A DNA stretch of 64,000 bases from an uncultured Oscillospiraceae bacterium (GTDB lineage: Bacteria > Bacillota > Clostridia > Oscillospirales > Oscillospiraceae): positions 48,697 to 112,696 of the forward strand of contig CALWXQ010000001.1 of assembly GCA_944385545.1 (NCBI GenBank), in the 5' to 3' direction. Each line of letters opens with the position of its first letter. Position 1 is the first letter of the stretch. This document shows, one piece after another, positions 47,665-56,456 of the stretch. Below the pieces are notes generated by a model that worked only from the letters and a program-made list of their open reading frames with translations, was not told the DNA's origin and searched no databases. A program made the translations under genes and the position numbers.

Positions 47665-47670
47665 CCAAAA

Positions 47671-47715
47671 TTCCTGCCTGCCCGAAAACCGGACAGGCAG
47701 GAAATCAGATTTTTT
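47671..47715 (+). terminator. probable terminator after leuS
   Basis: TTCCTGCCTG...CAGGCAGGAA hairpin followed by a T-run. Confidence 0.6.
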
Positions 47716-47736
47716 GTAATTTTAACGAAATCTTCC

Positions 47737-47765
47737 TTGACAATTGGGGAAAAGGCGTATATAAT
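47737..47765 (+). promoter_or_regulatory. consensus sigma-A promoter for rpsU
   Basis: TTGACA-17 bp-TATAAT, perfect consensus. Confidence 0.85.
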
Positions 47766-47835
47766 ATTCAAGCCTAGTGTTAGGCCCTGAAAGCATCCAG
47801 GATCTAGCCGGATGCCATCGGAGGGAGGGAAAACC

Positions 47836-48018
47836 ATGTCTGAAATTCGCGTCAAGGAGAACGAGTCTCTGGAAAGCGCTCTGCGTCGTTTCAAGCGCAG
47901 CTGTGCCAAGGAGGGCGTAATCGCCGAAGTCAAGAAGCGCGAACACTATGTCAGCCCCAGTCTGAAGCGGAAGCAGAAGTCTGAAGCTGCCCGGAAGAAC
48001 AAGAGAAAGTTCTATTAA
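47836..48018 (+). CDS. rpsU: 30S ribosomal protein S21
   Basis: [21 protein letters not shown]...[21 protein letters not shown]. Confidence 0.97.
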   Translation: MSEIRVKENESLESALRRFKRSCAKEGVIAEVKKREHYVSPSLKRKQKSEAARKNKRKFY

Positions 48019-48040
48019 TATCCCTCTTGACAAGTGTTCC

Positions 48041-48072
48041 AAACCGCTCTGCGTAAGCAGGGCGGTTTTTTT
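48041..48072 (+). terminator. intrinsic terminator
   Basis: AAACCGCTCTGC-GTAA-GCAGGGCGGTTT followed by a T-run. Confidence 0.85.
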
Positions 48073-48787
48073 ACCCTTCCGCCAGGGCGCTGCCCAGCTC
48101 CTGGTACAGGCCGAAGCACCGGGTCACCCCCAGTTCTTCCGCCCGGGACAGAAGCCTGACCAGGTCTTCCGGGGTTCGCCACAGGGTAAACACTGCCGCG
48201 TCCGGTTCCAGCTCCGCGCGGTAATGGCACAGAAGAGCTTCTTCCGGGAATCCGTCCTCCGGGCAGGCATCCCGGGGCAGGGGACGAACCGCCGCCCCGG
48301 CTTCGGTCAGGCGGATGGTCTGTGCCTCCAGGGCCGTCTCCAGCCAAATCTCCCGGCCCTGCCAGGGCGCCAGGTGGTCTTCCAGGGAGATGTGGCAGGG
48401 CGCCGGAGGCAGGAGCACCGGGCAGGACAGCTCCCGGGCGTAGAGGGAGGACACCCCCACCGGGCAGGGCATACGCTGGGTCAGGACAGCTGCCAGGGCG
48501 GCAGTTTCCTCACAGCCGGGACGCTGCAAATCCAGCAAGACGGCGTCGGCTTTCAGCGCCTGGACGCAGGCGGTGAGCTGAGCGGCGATCCGCTCCGGGT
48601 CATGGCCGGCGATGGGAGTCACATCGTCCAGAATGATCGCCGAACCGGGAGGGAGCCGCTTGGGCAGATTGGAGGCGTGGGTGCAGTAGGGAGAAAAATG
48701 GCAGCCCAACCAGGCGATATTAGGCGGAAGATGGGGATTTGCCCGGATCTCCGAGGGCGTCATGGCAAGATAATGGCGAATCGCCAT
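48071..48787 (-). CDS. hypothetical protein (possible degenerate GH18-like barrel)
   Basis: Strong RBS AAGGAGGA before ATG 48787; fills the gap between rpsU and yqeG; DAVLLDLQRP segment. Confidence 0.7.
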   Translation of the reverse strand: MAIRHYLAMTPSEIRANPHLPPNIAWLGCHFSPYCTHASNLPKRLPPGSAIILDDVTPIAGHDPERIAAQLTACVQALKADAVLLDLQRPGCEETAALAAVLTQRMPCPVGVSSLYARELSCPVLLPPAPCHISLEDHLAPWQGREIWLETALEAQTIRLTEAGAAVRPLPRDACPEDGFPEEALLCHYRAELEPDAAVFTLWRTPEDLVRLLSRAEELGVTRCFGLYQELGSALAEG

Positions 48788-48815
48788 GGACAAATCCTCC
48801 TTCCCATGGTATAAT
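48787..48815 (+). promoter_or_regulatory. sigma-A promoter for yqeG-peptidase
   Basis: TGGACA-17 bp-TATAAT with extended TG. Confidence 0.65.
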
Positions 48816-48890
48816 GAAGCAGCCGTGGGCTGTCCGCTGCCAAGCGGGTAGCTTCGTCTATCCACACTCTATGAAGGAACGGAGAACGTT

Positions 48891-49394
48891 ATGCCCTTTT
48901 CTGCCCTGCCTCGGATCATTGCCAGGCGTTTGACGGATATCACCCCGGAGCTGCTTCGGGAGCATGGGATCCGGCTGCTGATGCTGGATTTTGACAATAC
49001 CATCGTACCGTATACCACCGACTGTCCCACGCCGGAGATGGAGCGCTGGCTGATCCAAATGAACGCTACAGACATTCAGCTGTGCGTCGTATCCAACAGT
49101 CACCGGGATCGGGTGCCGGAATTCTGCCGCAAGTACGGTCTGGACTGCATCACCCATGCCCGGAAGCCCTTTTCCAAGGGGATCCGGGAATGCCTGAGCC
49201 GTTACGGGATACCCGGATCTCAGGCGGCTCTGGTGGGCGACCAGATCTACACCGATACCCTGGGGGCCAACGGCGCCGGGGTCATGCCCATCCTGGTGGA
49301 TGCCATTGACAATCACAATTTCTGGCTGAAGGCGCGGCATGTGCTGGAAATGCCCTTTCTTTTCGCCGCGAGAAAACGGAGGATTCAAGAATGA
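48891..49394 (+). CDS. yqeG: YqeG-family HAD IIIA phosphatase
   Basis: LDFDNT, VVSN, ARKP, VGDQIYTD. Confidence 0.88.
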   Translation: MPFSALPRIIARRLTDITPELLREHGIRLLMLDFDNTIVPYTTDCPTPEMERWLIQMNATDIQLCVVSNSHRDRVPEFCRKYGLDCITHARKPFSKGIRECLSRYGIPGSQAALVGDQIYTDTLGANGAGVMPILVDAIDNHNFWLKARHVLEMPFLFAARKRRIQE

Positions 49395-50455
49395 AAAATC
49401 TGGAAAAATATCTGTCCATTCTGGACGAGCAGGTGGATGGTCTGCTGCTCACTTCCCGCTACAGCCGCCATTACGGGGCGGAATTTGACATTGCCGAAGG
49501 CGTGGCCATCGTCACAAAGGGCGGTTGCCGCTACTTTACCGACAGCCGCTACATCGAGTCCGCGGAGAATCATATCAAAGACTTCGCTGTTCTCATGGTG
49601 GATCGGGAGAATTCCTACACCAAGCGGCTCAACGACGCCATTGCCGACTTCGGCGTCACCACCTTGGGGTATGAGGAAGACTACCTGACTGCGGCGGAGC
49701 TTATGCGCTACGAAAAGAGCCTGAACGCCAGACTGGTTCCGTATCATAAGGCCATCAGCGCCTTCCGGGCGCGGAAGGAGGATTGGGAGCTTACGCTGAT
49801 GCGCAAGGCCCAGGCCATCACCGACAAGGCCTTTTCCCAGGTTCTGGAGCGGATCCGGGTGGGAATGACGGAGCTGGAGCTTCAGGCGGAGCTGATCTAC
49901 TGCCTGTATCGGAACGGCGCTACCGGCCTGGCCTTCGACCCCATCGTGGTTTCCGGGCCAAACACCAGTCTGCCCCATGGCGTGGCGGGGGAGCGGCGGA
50001 TCCAGGCCGGGGATTTCATCACCATGGACTTCGGCGCGTCCTATATGGGCTACTGCTCCGATATGACCCGCACCGTTGCGGTGGGCCACGCCACGGAGGA
50101 AATGCGCCGGGTCTATGAAACGGTGCTCAATGCCCAGCTGACGGCCCTGGCGATCACCAAGGCGGGGGTCCCCGGTCAGGACATTGACGCCGCCGCCCGG
50201 AAGGTCATTGCCGACGCCGGTTACGGGGCTTACTTCGGCCACGGCTACGGCCACAGCCTGGGCCTGGAGATCCACGAATCCCCCAGTCCCAACGCGTCCA
50301 ACCAAGAGCCTATGCCTGTGGGCGCGGTCTGCTCCGCGGAACCGGGGATCTATCTGCCCGGAAAATTCGGCGTGCGGATCGAGGATGTGACCATTTTGCG
50401 GGAAGACGGCTGTGAGAATATTACCCAAAGCCCCAAGACTTTGATAATTGTGTGA
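49391..50455 (+). CDS. Xaa-Pro aminopeptidase/dipeptidase (M24B)
   Basis: TDSRY, SLPHG, DFGA..GYCSDMTRT, HGYGHSLGLEIHE, EPGIY, GVRIED. Confidence 0.93.
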   Translation: MKNLEKYLSILDEQVDGLLLTSRYSRHYGAEFDIAEGVAIVTKGGCRYFTDSRYIESAENHIKDFAVLMVDRENSYTKRLNDAIADFGVTTLGYEEDYLTAAELMRYEKSLNARLVPYHKAISAFRARKEDWELTLMRKAQAITDKAFSQVLERIRVGMTELELQAELIYCLYRNGATGLAFDPIVVSGPNTSLPHGVAGERRIQAGDFITMDFGASYMGYCSDMTRTVAVGHATEEMRRVYETVLNAQLTALAITKAGVPGQDIDAAARKVIADAGYGAYFGHGYGHSLGLEIHESPSPNASNQEPMPVGAVCSAEPGIYLPGKFGVRIEDVTILREDGCENITQSPKTLIIV

Positions 50456-50473
50456 AAAATTTCCCGCTGCCTC

Positions 50474-50502
50474 TTGCATAATTTCGGATTTTGCGATAGA
50501 AT
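50474..50502 (+). promoter_or_regulatory. sigma-A promoter for efp
   Basis: TTGCAT-17 bp-TAGAAT. Confidence 0.65.
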
Positions 50503-50567
50503 ATATGAGCTAGAGTTATGCCATACATTTTTCTCCCCAGGGAGGATAGCTTAGGAGGACAAATAGA

Positions 50568-51131
50568 ATGATTTCTGCAGGTGAATTTAGAAACGGCATT
50601 ACCTTCGATATGGACGGTAAGGTCATGCAGGTTATCGAATTCCAGCACGTTAAGCCCGGCAAAGGCGCTGCCTTTGTCCGTGTGAAGATGAAGAACGTCA
50701 TCACCGGCGGTGTGACCGAGACCAGCTTCAACCCCACCGCGAAGTTCCCCACCGCCTTTGTTGAGCGCAAGAAGATGGAGTATTCCTACAACGACGGCTC
50801 CCTGTACTACTTCATGGATCAGGATACCTATGAGCTGGAACCCATCGACGCTTCCGCTTTGGACGATTCGTTTAAGTTTGTCAAGGAGAACGACATCTGC
50901 ACCATTATGAGCTACAAGGGCAAGGTCTTCGGTGTGGAAGTTCCCAACTTTGTTGACCTGGTGGTTACGGAGACGGAGCCTGGCTTTGCCGGCAATACCG
51001 CTACCAACGTTACCAAGCCCGCCACGGTGGAGACCGGAGCTGAGGTGAAGGTTCCCCTGTTCATCAACGAGGGCGACAAGATCCAGATCGATACCCGTAC
51101 CGGCGAGTACCTGGGCCGTTCCAAGGTATAA
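50568..51131 (+). CDS. efp: elongation factor P
   Basis: [34 protein letters not shown]. Confidence 0.98.
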   Translation: MISAGEFRNGITFDMDGKVMQVIEFQHVKPGKGAAFVRVKMKNVITGGVTETSFNPTAKFPTAFVERKKMEYSYNDGSLYYFMDQDTYELEPIDASALDDSFKFVKENDICTIMSYKGKVFGVEVPNFVDLVVTETEPGFAGNTATNVTKPATVETGAEVKVPLFINEGDKIQIDTRTGEYLGRSKV

Positions 51132-51155
51132 GCCAGCCTGAAAAGGAGACTTGCT

Positions 51156-51608
51156 ATGACGATTTCTGAAAAGTCCGCCTACCTGAAGGGCCTGATGGAG
51201 GGCATGTCCCTGAACACGGAGTCCAATGAGGGCAAGATGATCGCCGCCATTGTGGATCTGCTGGGGGACATGGCCAAGCGGGTCACAGATATCGAGGAGA
51301 CCACCATCGCCATCTCCGACGAGCTGGACGAGATCGAGGAGGATCTGGACGCCATCGAGGACTTCATCATGGACGAAGAAGACGACTATGATGACTACGA
51401 TGACGACGGCGATGACGCCTGGGACGAGGAGGAGCCGGAAGAAGGCTTTGACTTCGGCGACGAGGACACCACCATCTACGAGGTGGAGTGTGCCTGCGGC
51501 AACATCATCGACTTTGACGAGGAGACCCTGGAAAAGGGAAGCATCGTATGCCCCAACTGCGGAGAGACTCTGGAATTCTCCCTGGAGGATGACGACGATC
51601 AGGACTAA
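51156..51608 (+). CDS. acidic protein with N-terminal helical region and C-terminal zinc ribbon (CD1247-like)
   Basis: SAYLKGLMEG, Asp/Glu-rich linker, ECACG...CPNCG. Confidence 0.8.
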   Translation: MTISEKSAYLKGLMEGMSLNTESNEGKMIAAIVDLLGDMAKRVTDIEETTIAISDELDEIEEDLDAIEDFIMDEEDDYDDYDDDGDDAWDEEEPEEGFDFGDEDTTIYEVECACGNIIDFDEETLEKGSIVCPNCGETLEFSLEDDDDQD

Positions 51609-51628
51609 TCCCGGATCGCGGTAGAATG

Positions 51629-51660
51629 AAACGGCAGGTGCGTGCGCCTGCCGTTTTTTT
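51629..51660 (+). terminator. intrinsic terminator
   Basis: AAACGGCAGG...CCTGCCGTTTTTTT. Confidence 0.85.
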
Positions 51661-51675
51661 ACGGATCCGAACATG

Positions 51676-51704
51676 GTATAAACCCCCGTCCTTCCGGGAA
51701 AACT
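51676..51704 (+). promoter_or_regulatory. candidate forespore sigma-F-type promoter
   Basis: GTATA-15 bp-GGGAAAACT. Confidence 0.5.
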
Positions 51705-51726
51705 CCCGGTAAGGAGGCGGTAAATT

Positions 51727-51987
51727 ATGGTAAAAGGCATTTCCAGACAGGTCATTGTGGTTCAGGCTCCGGAGCCGAAGCTGTTCGAACAGGCTATCTT
51801 CATTCTCAAAGACGACGCGGTGCGCGACGGCGTCACCGACGAGGCGCTGATGCGGGAGGCCCAGCTGGCCATCCGGGACGCGGAGAAGCCAGGCAAAAGA
51901 CGGGGCTTTTACCTCTACGGCGCCGTGTGGGCGGCCATGGGCTCCCTGGCCACGGGCTTTGTGTGGCTGCTGACCTTGCTGCTGTAA
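51727..51987 (+). CDS. small conserved protein with C-terminal TM helix
   Basis: RBS AAGGAGG; MVKGISRQVIVV...FEQAIFILK; hydrophobic C-terminus. Confidence 0.75.
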   Translation: MVKGISRQVIVVQAPEPKLFEQAIFILKDDAVRDGVTDEALMREAQLAIRDAEKPGKRRGFYLYGAVWAAMGSLATGFVWLLTLLL

Positions 51988-52023
51988 GCACACAACCCAA
52001 TCTTCCGGAAAAGAGAGAAATCC

Positions 52024-52989
52024 ATGGAAATCGGAAATCTGACAATTGAAAATCCTCTGTTCCTGGCGCCTATGGCCGGGGTATCCGACTGGGCCTTCCG
52101 CACCATCTGCGTCGGCCTGGGGGCCAATGTGACGGTGACGGAAATGGTGTCCTCCCGGGCTTTGGTGTACCGGGACAAAAAGAGCGCCAAGCTGCTGCGC
52201 AAGACCAGCGGAGGCATCTGCGGCGCCCAGATCTTCGGCAACGATCCTCAGATCATGGCGGAGGGAGCCAGACTGGCGCTGGAGATTTCTGGCTGCGACT
52301 TTATCGACATCAATATGGGCTGCCCCATGCCCAAAATTGCCGGATCCGGGGACGGCTGCGGCCTGATGCGCACCCCGGAGCTGGCCGGACAGATTGTTGC
52401 GGCGGTGACAAAGGCGGTGGATGTTCCCGTTACCGTGAAATGCCGCCTGGGCTGGGATAAGGGCAGCATCAATGTGCTGGACTTTACCCGGCGGATGGAG
52501 GACAGCGGCGCGGCCATGGTGACCGTCCACGGCCGCACCAGGAGCATGCTCTACAGCGGCACAGCGGACTGGGATACCATTGCCAAAGTCAAGCAGCGGC
52601 TGTCCATTCCTGTGATCGCCAACGGGGATATCACCGGCGCTGAGGCGGCGCTGCGCTGCCGCAAGCGAACCGGGGCGGATGGGCTGATGATCGGCCGCGC
52701 CGCCTTCGGCGATCCCTGGATCTTCCAAGAGGTGCGGGCTGCCCTGGCGGGGGAGGAATACCCCGGCCGGCCCTGTCTGAAAGACCGGGTGGATGTGGCC
52801 GTGAAGCAGTTCCAGCTGGCGGAGCAGGATCACGGGGAGCACATTGCCTGCCTGGAAGCCAGAAAGCATTTTGCCTGGTACTTAAAAGGCGTGCCCTACA
52901 GCGGCTATTACAAAAACCAGATCACGTCCCTTACCACCATGGCAGACATCTACCGGGTGGCAAAGGACGTGGCGCGGGATTTGAAATAA
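52024..52989 (+). CDS. dusB: tRNA dihydrouridine synthase
   Basis: LAPMAGVSD, TEMVS, QIFG, DINMGCP, VHGRT, IANGDI, MIGRAA. Confidence 0.95.
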   Translation: MEIGNLTIENPLFLAPMAGVSDWAFRTICVGLGANVTVTEMVSSRALVYRDKKSAKLLRKTSGGICGAQIFGNDPQIMAEGARLALEISGCDFIDINMGCPMPKIAGSGDGCGLMRTPELAGQIVAAVTKAVDVPVTVKCRLGWDKGSINVLDFTRRMEDSGAAMVTVHGRTRSMLYSGTADWDTIAKVKQRLSIPVIANGDITGAEAALRCRKRTGADGLMIGRAAFGDPWIFQEVRAALAGEEYPGRPCLKDRVDVAVKQFQLAEQDHGEHIACLEARKHFAWYLKGVPYSGYYKNQITSLTTMADIYRVAKDVARDLK

Positions 52990-53019
52990 CCGCCGGCCCG
53001 TGCCGGGAACGTCAACATA

Positions 53020-53068
53020 CCCCCGCTTGTCCGGCCGCAGACCGCGGCGCTGACAAGCGGGGGCTTTT
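53020..53068 (+). terminator. intrinsic terminator after dusB
   Basis: CCCCCGCTTGTC...GACAAGCGGGGG followed by CTTTT. Confidence 0.75.
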
Positions 53069-53076
53069 ACTGAGGG

Positions 53077-53142
53077 TTAGGGAACCTATGAATCCACCGG
53101 CTGCGGCGGAATGCCGGTTTCCTCAGCAAATCGGAGGTGTCC
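53077..53142. repeat. degenerate short copy of the MITE
   Basis: TTAG-GGAACCTATGAATCCACCGGCTGCGGCGGAATGCCGG matches the left arm; ATCGGAGGTGTCC resembles the right end. Confidence 0.65.
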
Positions 53143-53150
53143 GGCCACGC

Positions 53151-54167
53151 TTATGCGCGGCTGCTGTAAAAGCCGACAACCGCTTCAAAGAAGGCGTCGA
53201 TATTCTCCCACTTGGACATGGGAGGAATGTCGCAACCGGAAGAAATGACAAAATTCGGATATTTACAACATTTCTCCATAATGGAAAGGGTTTCTGCCTT
53301 CATGGAATCCACGGTTCCGTTGCGGAACTGACCTGCCGGATCCACATTTCCCGCCGCCAGAACATCTGCCGGAATGTGCTTCATCATTTCCGCCATATCG
53401 ATGGCGTTGCCAAAATGATACATGGGCGCGCCGATGGTCAGAATGGAATCGATCTGCTGGATGGTGTAATCTCCGCAGTTGTGGTAAATCACAATGAATT
53501 CGTCATCCTGTACGGCCTCGACAATCTGCCGCATATACGGAACCGAGAATTCCTCAGCCAGCGCGGGCGACAGCAAGCCCGCCAGGGGTTCCGCGACGAC
53601 AACGCCGTTGGCGCCTGCTTTCTTGTACGCGTCAATATACCGGATCAGGAACTGAGTCGCTTTTTGCAGGACAATGTGCACCATATCCGGCTCGTCATAG
53701 CAATAGACCATGGCTTCCGCCACATCCATCAGCCGCCCTGCCAGAGAGAACGGCCCGATCACACCGGCAAAAACCGGCCGGTCTTCGATCATCCGTACAG
53801 CCTTCTCAATGGCTTCGATGTAAATGGTGGTGCGTCCGGCGCCGATCTGGGGAACCGCAAGGGCCTGGGCTTCTTCTTCCGAAGATACTACGCTGCCAAT
53901 GACCGCCGGAACCTCGTCATCGGTAAAACGGATGGTGGAGCCAAAGCACTCCGCTTCCACAGACAGATCCATCAAACTCACAGACGCGGCGGCGTCGGTT
54001 CTGTCCGCAATCAATTTCATGCCCTTTGCCTGAAGACCGCTGTCCATGATCAGCTCTTTTACGGTGACGCCCATCATCTGAATGGCGGGGAAAGACAAGA
54101 TTGGCATAGGCTTCTTTACCGGCGCTTCCCGAAACTGCTGTACCCACTGGTTCATATTACGCTTCAT
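53151..54167 (-). CDS. URO-D superfamily protein, MtaA/CmuA (MT2-type) methyltransferase-like
   Basis: DLSVEAECFG, GPFSLAG, zinc ligands YHNCG and SSGCDIP, GNVDP. RBS GGAGG. Confidence 0.82.
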   Translation of the reverse strand: MKRNMNQWVQQFREAPVKKPMPILSFPAIQMMGVTVKELIMDSGLQAKGMKLIADRTDAAASVSLMDLSVEAECFGSTIRFTDDEVPAVIGSVVSSEEEAQALAVPQIGAGRTTIYIEAIEKAVRMIEDRPVFAGVIGPFSLAGRLMDVAEAMVYCYDEPDMVHIVLQKATQFLIRYIDAYKKAGANGVVVAEPLAGLLSPALAEEFSVPYMRQIVEAVQDDEFIVIYHNCGDYTIQQIDSILTIGAPMYHFGNAIDMAEMMKHIPADVLAAGNVDPAGQFRNGTVDSMKAETLSIMEKCCKYPNFVISSGCDIPPMSKWENIDAFFEAVVGFYSSRA

Positions 54168-54636
54168 TTCACATACCTCCGGCTGTTACGATTTATTAGA
54201 CTGTGTCTAACAGATAATAAAAGTATACGAAATTTCCGGGGGTTTTTCTTGAAATGCCATCGCATTTTTTGTGTTTATTTCAGGAAAACCGATTTGCCTG
54301 CGCCCCTGGCCTGGGGGCGGGAATTTTGCGGAGGGCTTCGCGGAGCGGGGCTGCCGTTCGCTTTCCCGGCGGACGCGGCCATGCCAGAAATTGCCGCTGA
54401 TAAAATCCAGGCTCCTTCATACCCTATATCATGTGTACGAAGCAACGCAAAAGCCCTTGCAAGCCAAGGCTTTCCGGACGTTTTCGCGTTGCTCCCCATC
54501 ATCCAAACGATACATGGATACGCGCCTGAATTGAAAAAGCGGTTGGAAAGAGCCGTTTTTTCAATTTCCCGTCTGGGGCGGAGAATCAGCCGCGGAAAGC
54601 GGCTTATTCAGCAGGCACTATATAGGAGGTGAACGT

Positions 54637-55614
54637 ATGAAGCGGCTGCTGGCATTATCCATATTGCTGGTCCCTTTGCTGGCTCTGCCGGTACAGGGGC
54701 AAACCATTCGGTGGGTGGACTTTGACGTACCCTATGAATCTCTGCACTATGCGCTGGAGCAGGATATCGCCACCGTGGAGCAGGAAAAACACATCCCCTG
54801 GATCGACACCCTGGCCCTGGCGGCCTGCCGAACCGGCGGCAAGTGCCCTCTGCCCTCGGTCAAAAAAGCGGCGGCGGAGCTGAAGCAGGACAAATCCCCG
54901 GAGGAGCTGCTGGGAGAGCTGCATCAATACTATGCCTATTATCACCAGGCTTACAGCGCCGTACTGGGCGGACTTGTGGGCAGCTATGCCATTGAGAAGG
55001 ACGGGCAGTGGATCCCCAGCTACGGCCTGAAGGCGTTTTCTCCCATTGCCGCCGGGTATGGCTACAGCCATTGCGATGATTTCGGCGCGGCTCGCTCCTT
55101 CGGCTTTCGCCGCAAGCACCTGGGCCACGACCTGATGGGGAGCCTGGGTACTCCGGTGGTGGCGGTGGAAGGGGGCGTGGTGGAGGCCCTGGGCTGGAAC
55201 CGGTACGGCGGTTGGCGGATCGGCATCCGTTCCTTTGACAGCCGCCGGTACTATTATTATGCCCATTTGCAGAAGGACAGGCCCTTTGCTCCGGGGCTGA
55301 AAGAAGGAGATCTGATTCAGGCCGGCGATTTGATCGGCTATATGGGAAGAACCGGCTACTCTGACAAGGAAAACGTAAACAACATTGAAACCGTACACCT
55401 GCACTTCGGCCTGGAGCTGATCTTTGAGGAGAGTCAGAAGGAGTGCAATTCCGAGATCTGGGTCAATGTCTATCCCATCGTCCGGCTGCTATCCGCCCAT
55501 ACCAGCAGCATTCGGGGAGATCAGCGGCTGTATCCCTATCAGGATCTGGATACGGAGCTTTTCCCGGGGAACGCGGGGGCGCCGGAGGAAGAGACGGCAA
55601 TGGATCGCCATTGA
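54637..55614 (+). CDS. secreted M23 metallo-endopeptidase
   Basis: Signal peptide; HLGHD (HxxxD), YYYAHL, GYMGRTG, HLH. Confidence 0.88.
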   Translation: MKRLLALSILLVPLLALPVQGQTIRWVDFDVPYESLHYALEQDIATVEQEKHIPWIDTLALAACRTGGKCPLPSVKKAAAELKQDKSPEELLGELHQYYAYYHQAYSAVLGGLVGSYAIEKDGQWIPSYGLKAFSPIAAGYGYSHCDDFGAARSFGFRRKHLGHDLMGSLGTPVVAVEGGVVEALGWNRYGGWRIGIRSFDSRRYYYYAHLQKDRPFAPGLKEGDLIQAGDLIGYMGRTGYSDKENVNNIETVHLHFGLELIFEESQKECNSEIWVNVYPIVRLLSAHTSSIRGDQRLYPYQDLDTELFPGNAGAPEEETAMDRH

Positions 55615-55639
55615 ACGATTCGGGATTCCCGAATCCATA

Positions 55640-55673
55640 GGCTGTGGCAAAATCTTTCGGCATCCCCTCTGCC
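55640..55673. repeat. right-arm fragment of the MITE
   Basis: GGCTGTGGCAAAATCTTTCGGCATCCCCTC is 25/30 identical to 4201-4230. Confidence 0.6.
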
Positions 55674-55674
55674 T

Positions 55675-55725
55675 AAAAAAGCGATGCATTTCCACCGGTT
55701 CGGGTAAGAAACGCATCGCTTTTTT
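55675..55725. terminator. bidirectional terminator
   Basis: AAAAAAGCGATGC...GCATCGCTTTTTT between convergent genes. Confidence 0.75.
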
Positions 55726-55768
55726 GATTGTATGCTTAGCCGGGGACTGGGACTGACAGCACCCTGGA

Positions 55769-56452
55769 TCATTTTTCGGTTACCTCCAGAACCTCCAGCC
55801 GGTCGTCCCGGACGGTAAAGCGGATATCGAAGCCCGCGAAGGACAACCCGTAGATCCGCTCCGGATCCCGCTGGTAGGAGGGCCTGGGGTCATGGGACAG
55901 TACGCCAACAGCGGCCTGCCGCTTCTGCTCCGGCAGCAGGGCCAGCAGGGCAGGGGGGAAGTCCACCTCCAGGAGGAATTCCTCCGCCCGGTCGGTAAAG
56001 CCGCCGGTGGCCTCCGGGTGGCAATCCCCGTAGGGGAGATAGGGCTTGATGTCAAAGATGGGGGTGCCGTCCATGAGATCCGCGCCGCCCACATGGAGCA
56101 CATGGCCCCACTGCCGGGTATGCTCGACGCCCAGGAGCCGGACGCTGGACAGGCCCAAGTTGTTGGGCCGGAAGGGGGAGCGGGTGGCGAAGACGCCCAT
56201 GCGGACGTTCCCGCCCAGCCGGGGAGGCCGCACCGTAGGGGACCAGCCCTGGCAGACGGCTTCGGAAAACTGCCAGATCAGCCACAGATGGGAGAATTCC
56301 TCGATCCCTCGCAGGGCGTCGGGGTTGCGGAAGGGCGGCTCAAAGACGATGGTGGAGCGCAGCTGTTCTACAAGACCGCTTTGCCGGGGGATACCGAACT
56401 TGTGGGAAAAGTCACTGCGCATTCGGGCAATGGTCTGAAGGGAAGCGTCCAT
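55769..56452 (-). CDS. tsaA: tRNA m6t6A37 methyltransferase TrmO
   Basis: KFGIPRQSG, PTVRPPRLGGN, GVFATRSPFRPN, GADLMDGTPIFDIKPY, DPRPSY. Confidence 0.93.
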   Translation of the reverse strand: MDASLQTIARMRSDFSHKFGIPRQSGLVEQLRSTIVFEPPFRNPDALRGIEEFSHLWLIWQFSEAVCQGWSPTVRPPRLGGNVRMGVFATRSPFRPNNLGLSSVRLLGVEHTRQWGHVLHVGGADLMDGTPIFDIKPYLPYGDCHPEATGGFTDRAEEFLLEVDFPPALLALLPEQKRQAAVGVLSHDPRPSYQRDPERIYGLSFAGFDIRFTVRDDRLEVLEVTEK

Positions 56453-56456
56453 GTTA

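Noticed and set aside
53077-54417. Composite element in which MITE ends capture the methyltransferase gene
   Set aside because: The candidate right end near 54390-54417 is only weakly similar, and the 53077 copy already appears to have its own right end.
53088-54632. 514-aa + strand ORF
   Set aside because: Starts inside a MITE remnant and is antisense to the MtaA/CmuA-like gene, which has the real motifs and RBS.
54168-54636. Possible cobalamin riboswitch upstream of the methyltransferase-like gene
   Set aside because: I could not find the B12-box or other core motifs by eye; an Rfam scan would be needed.
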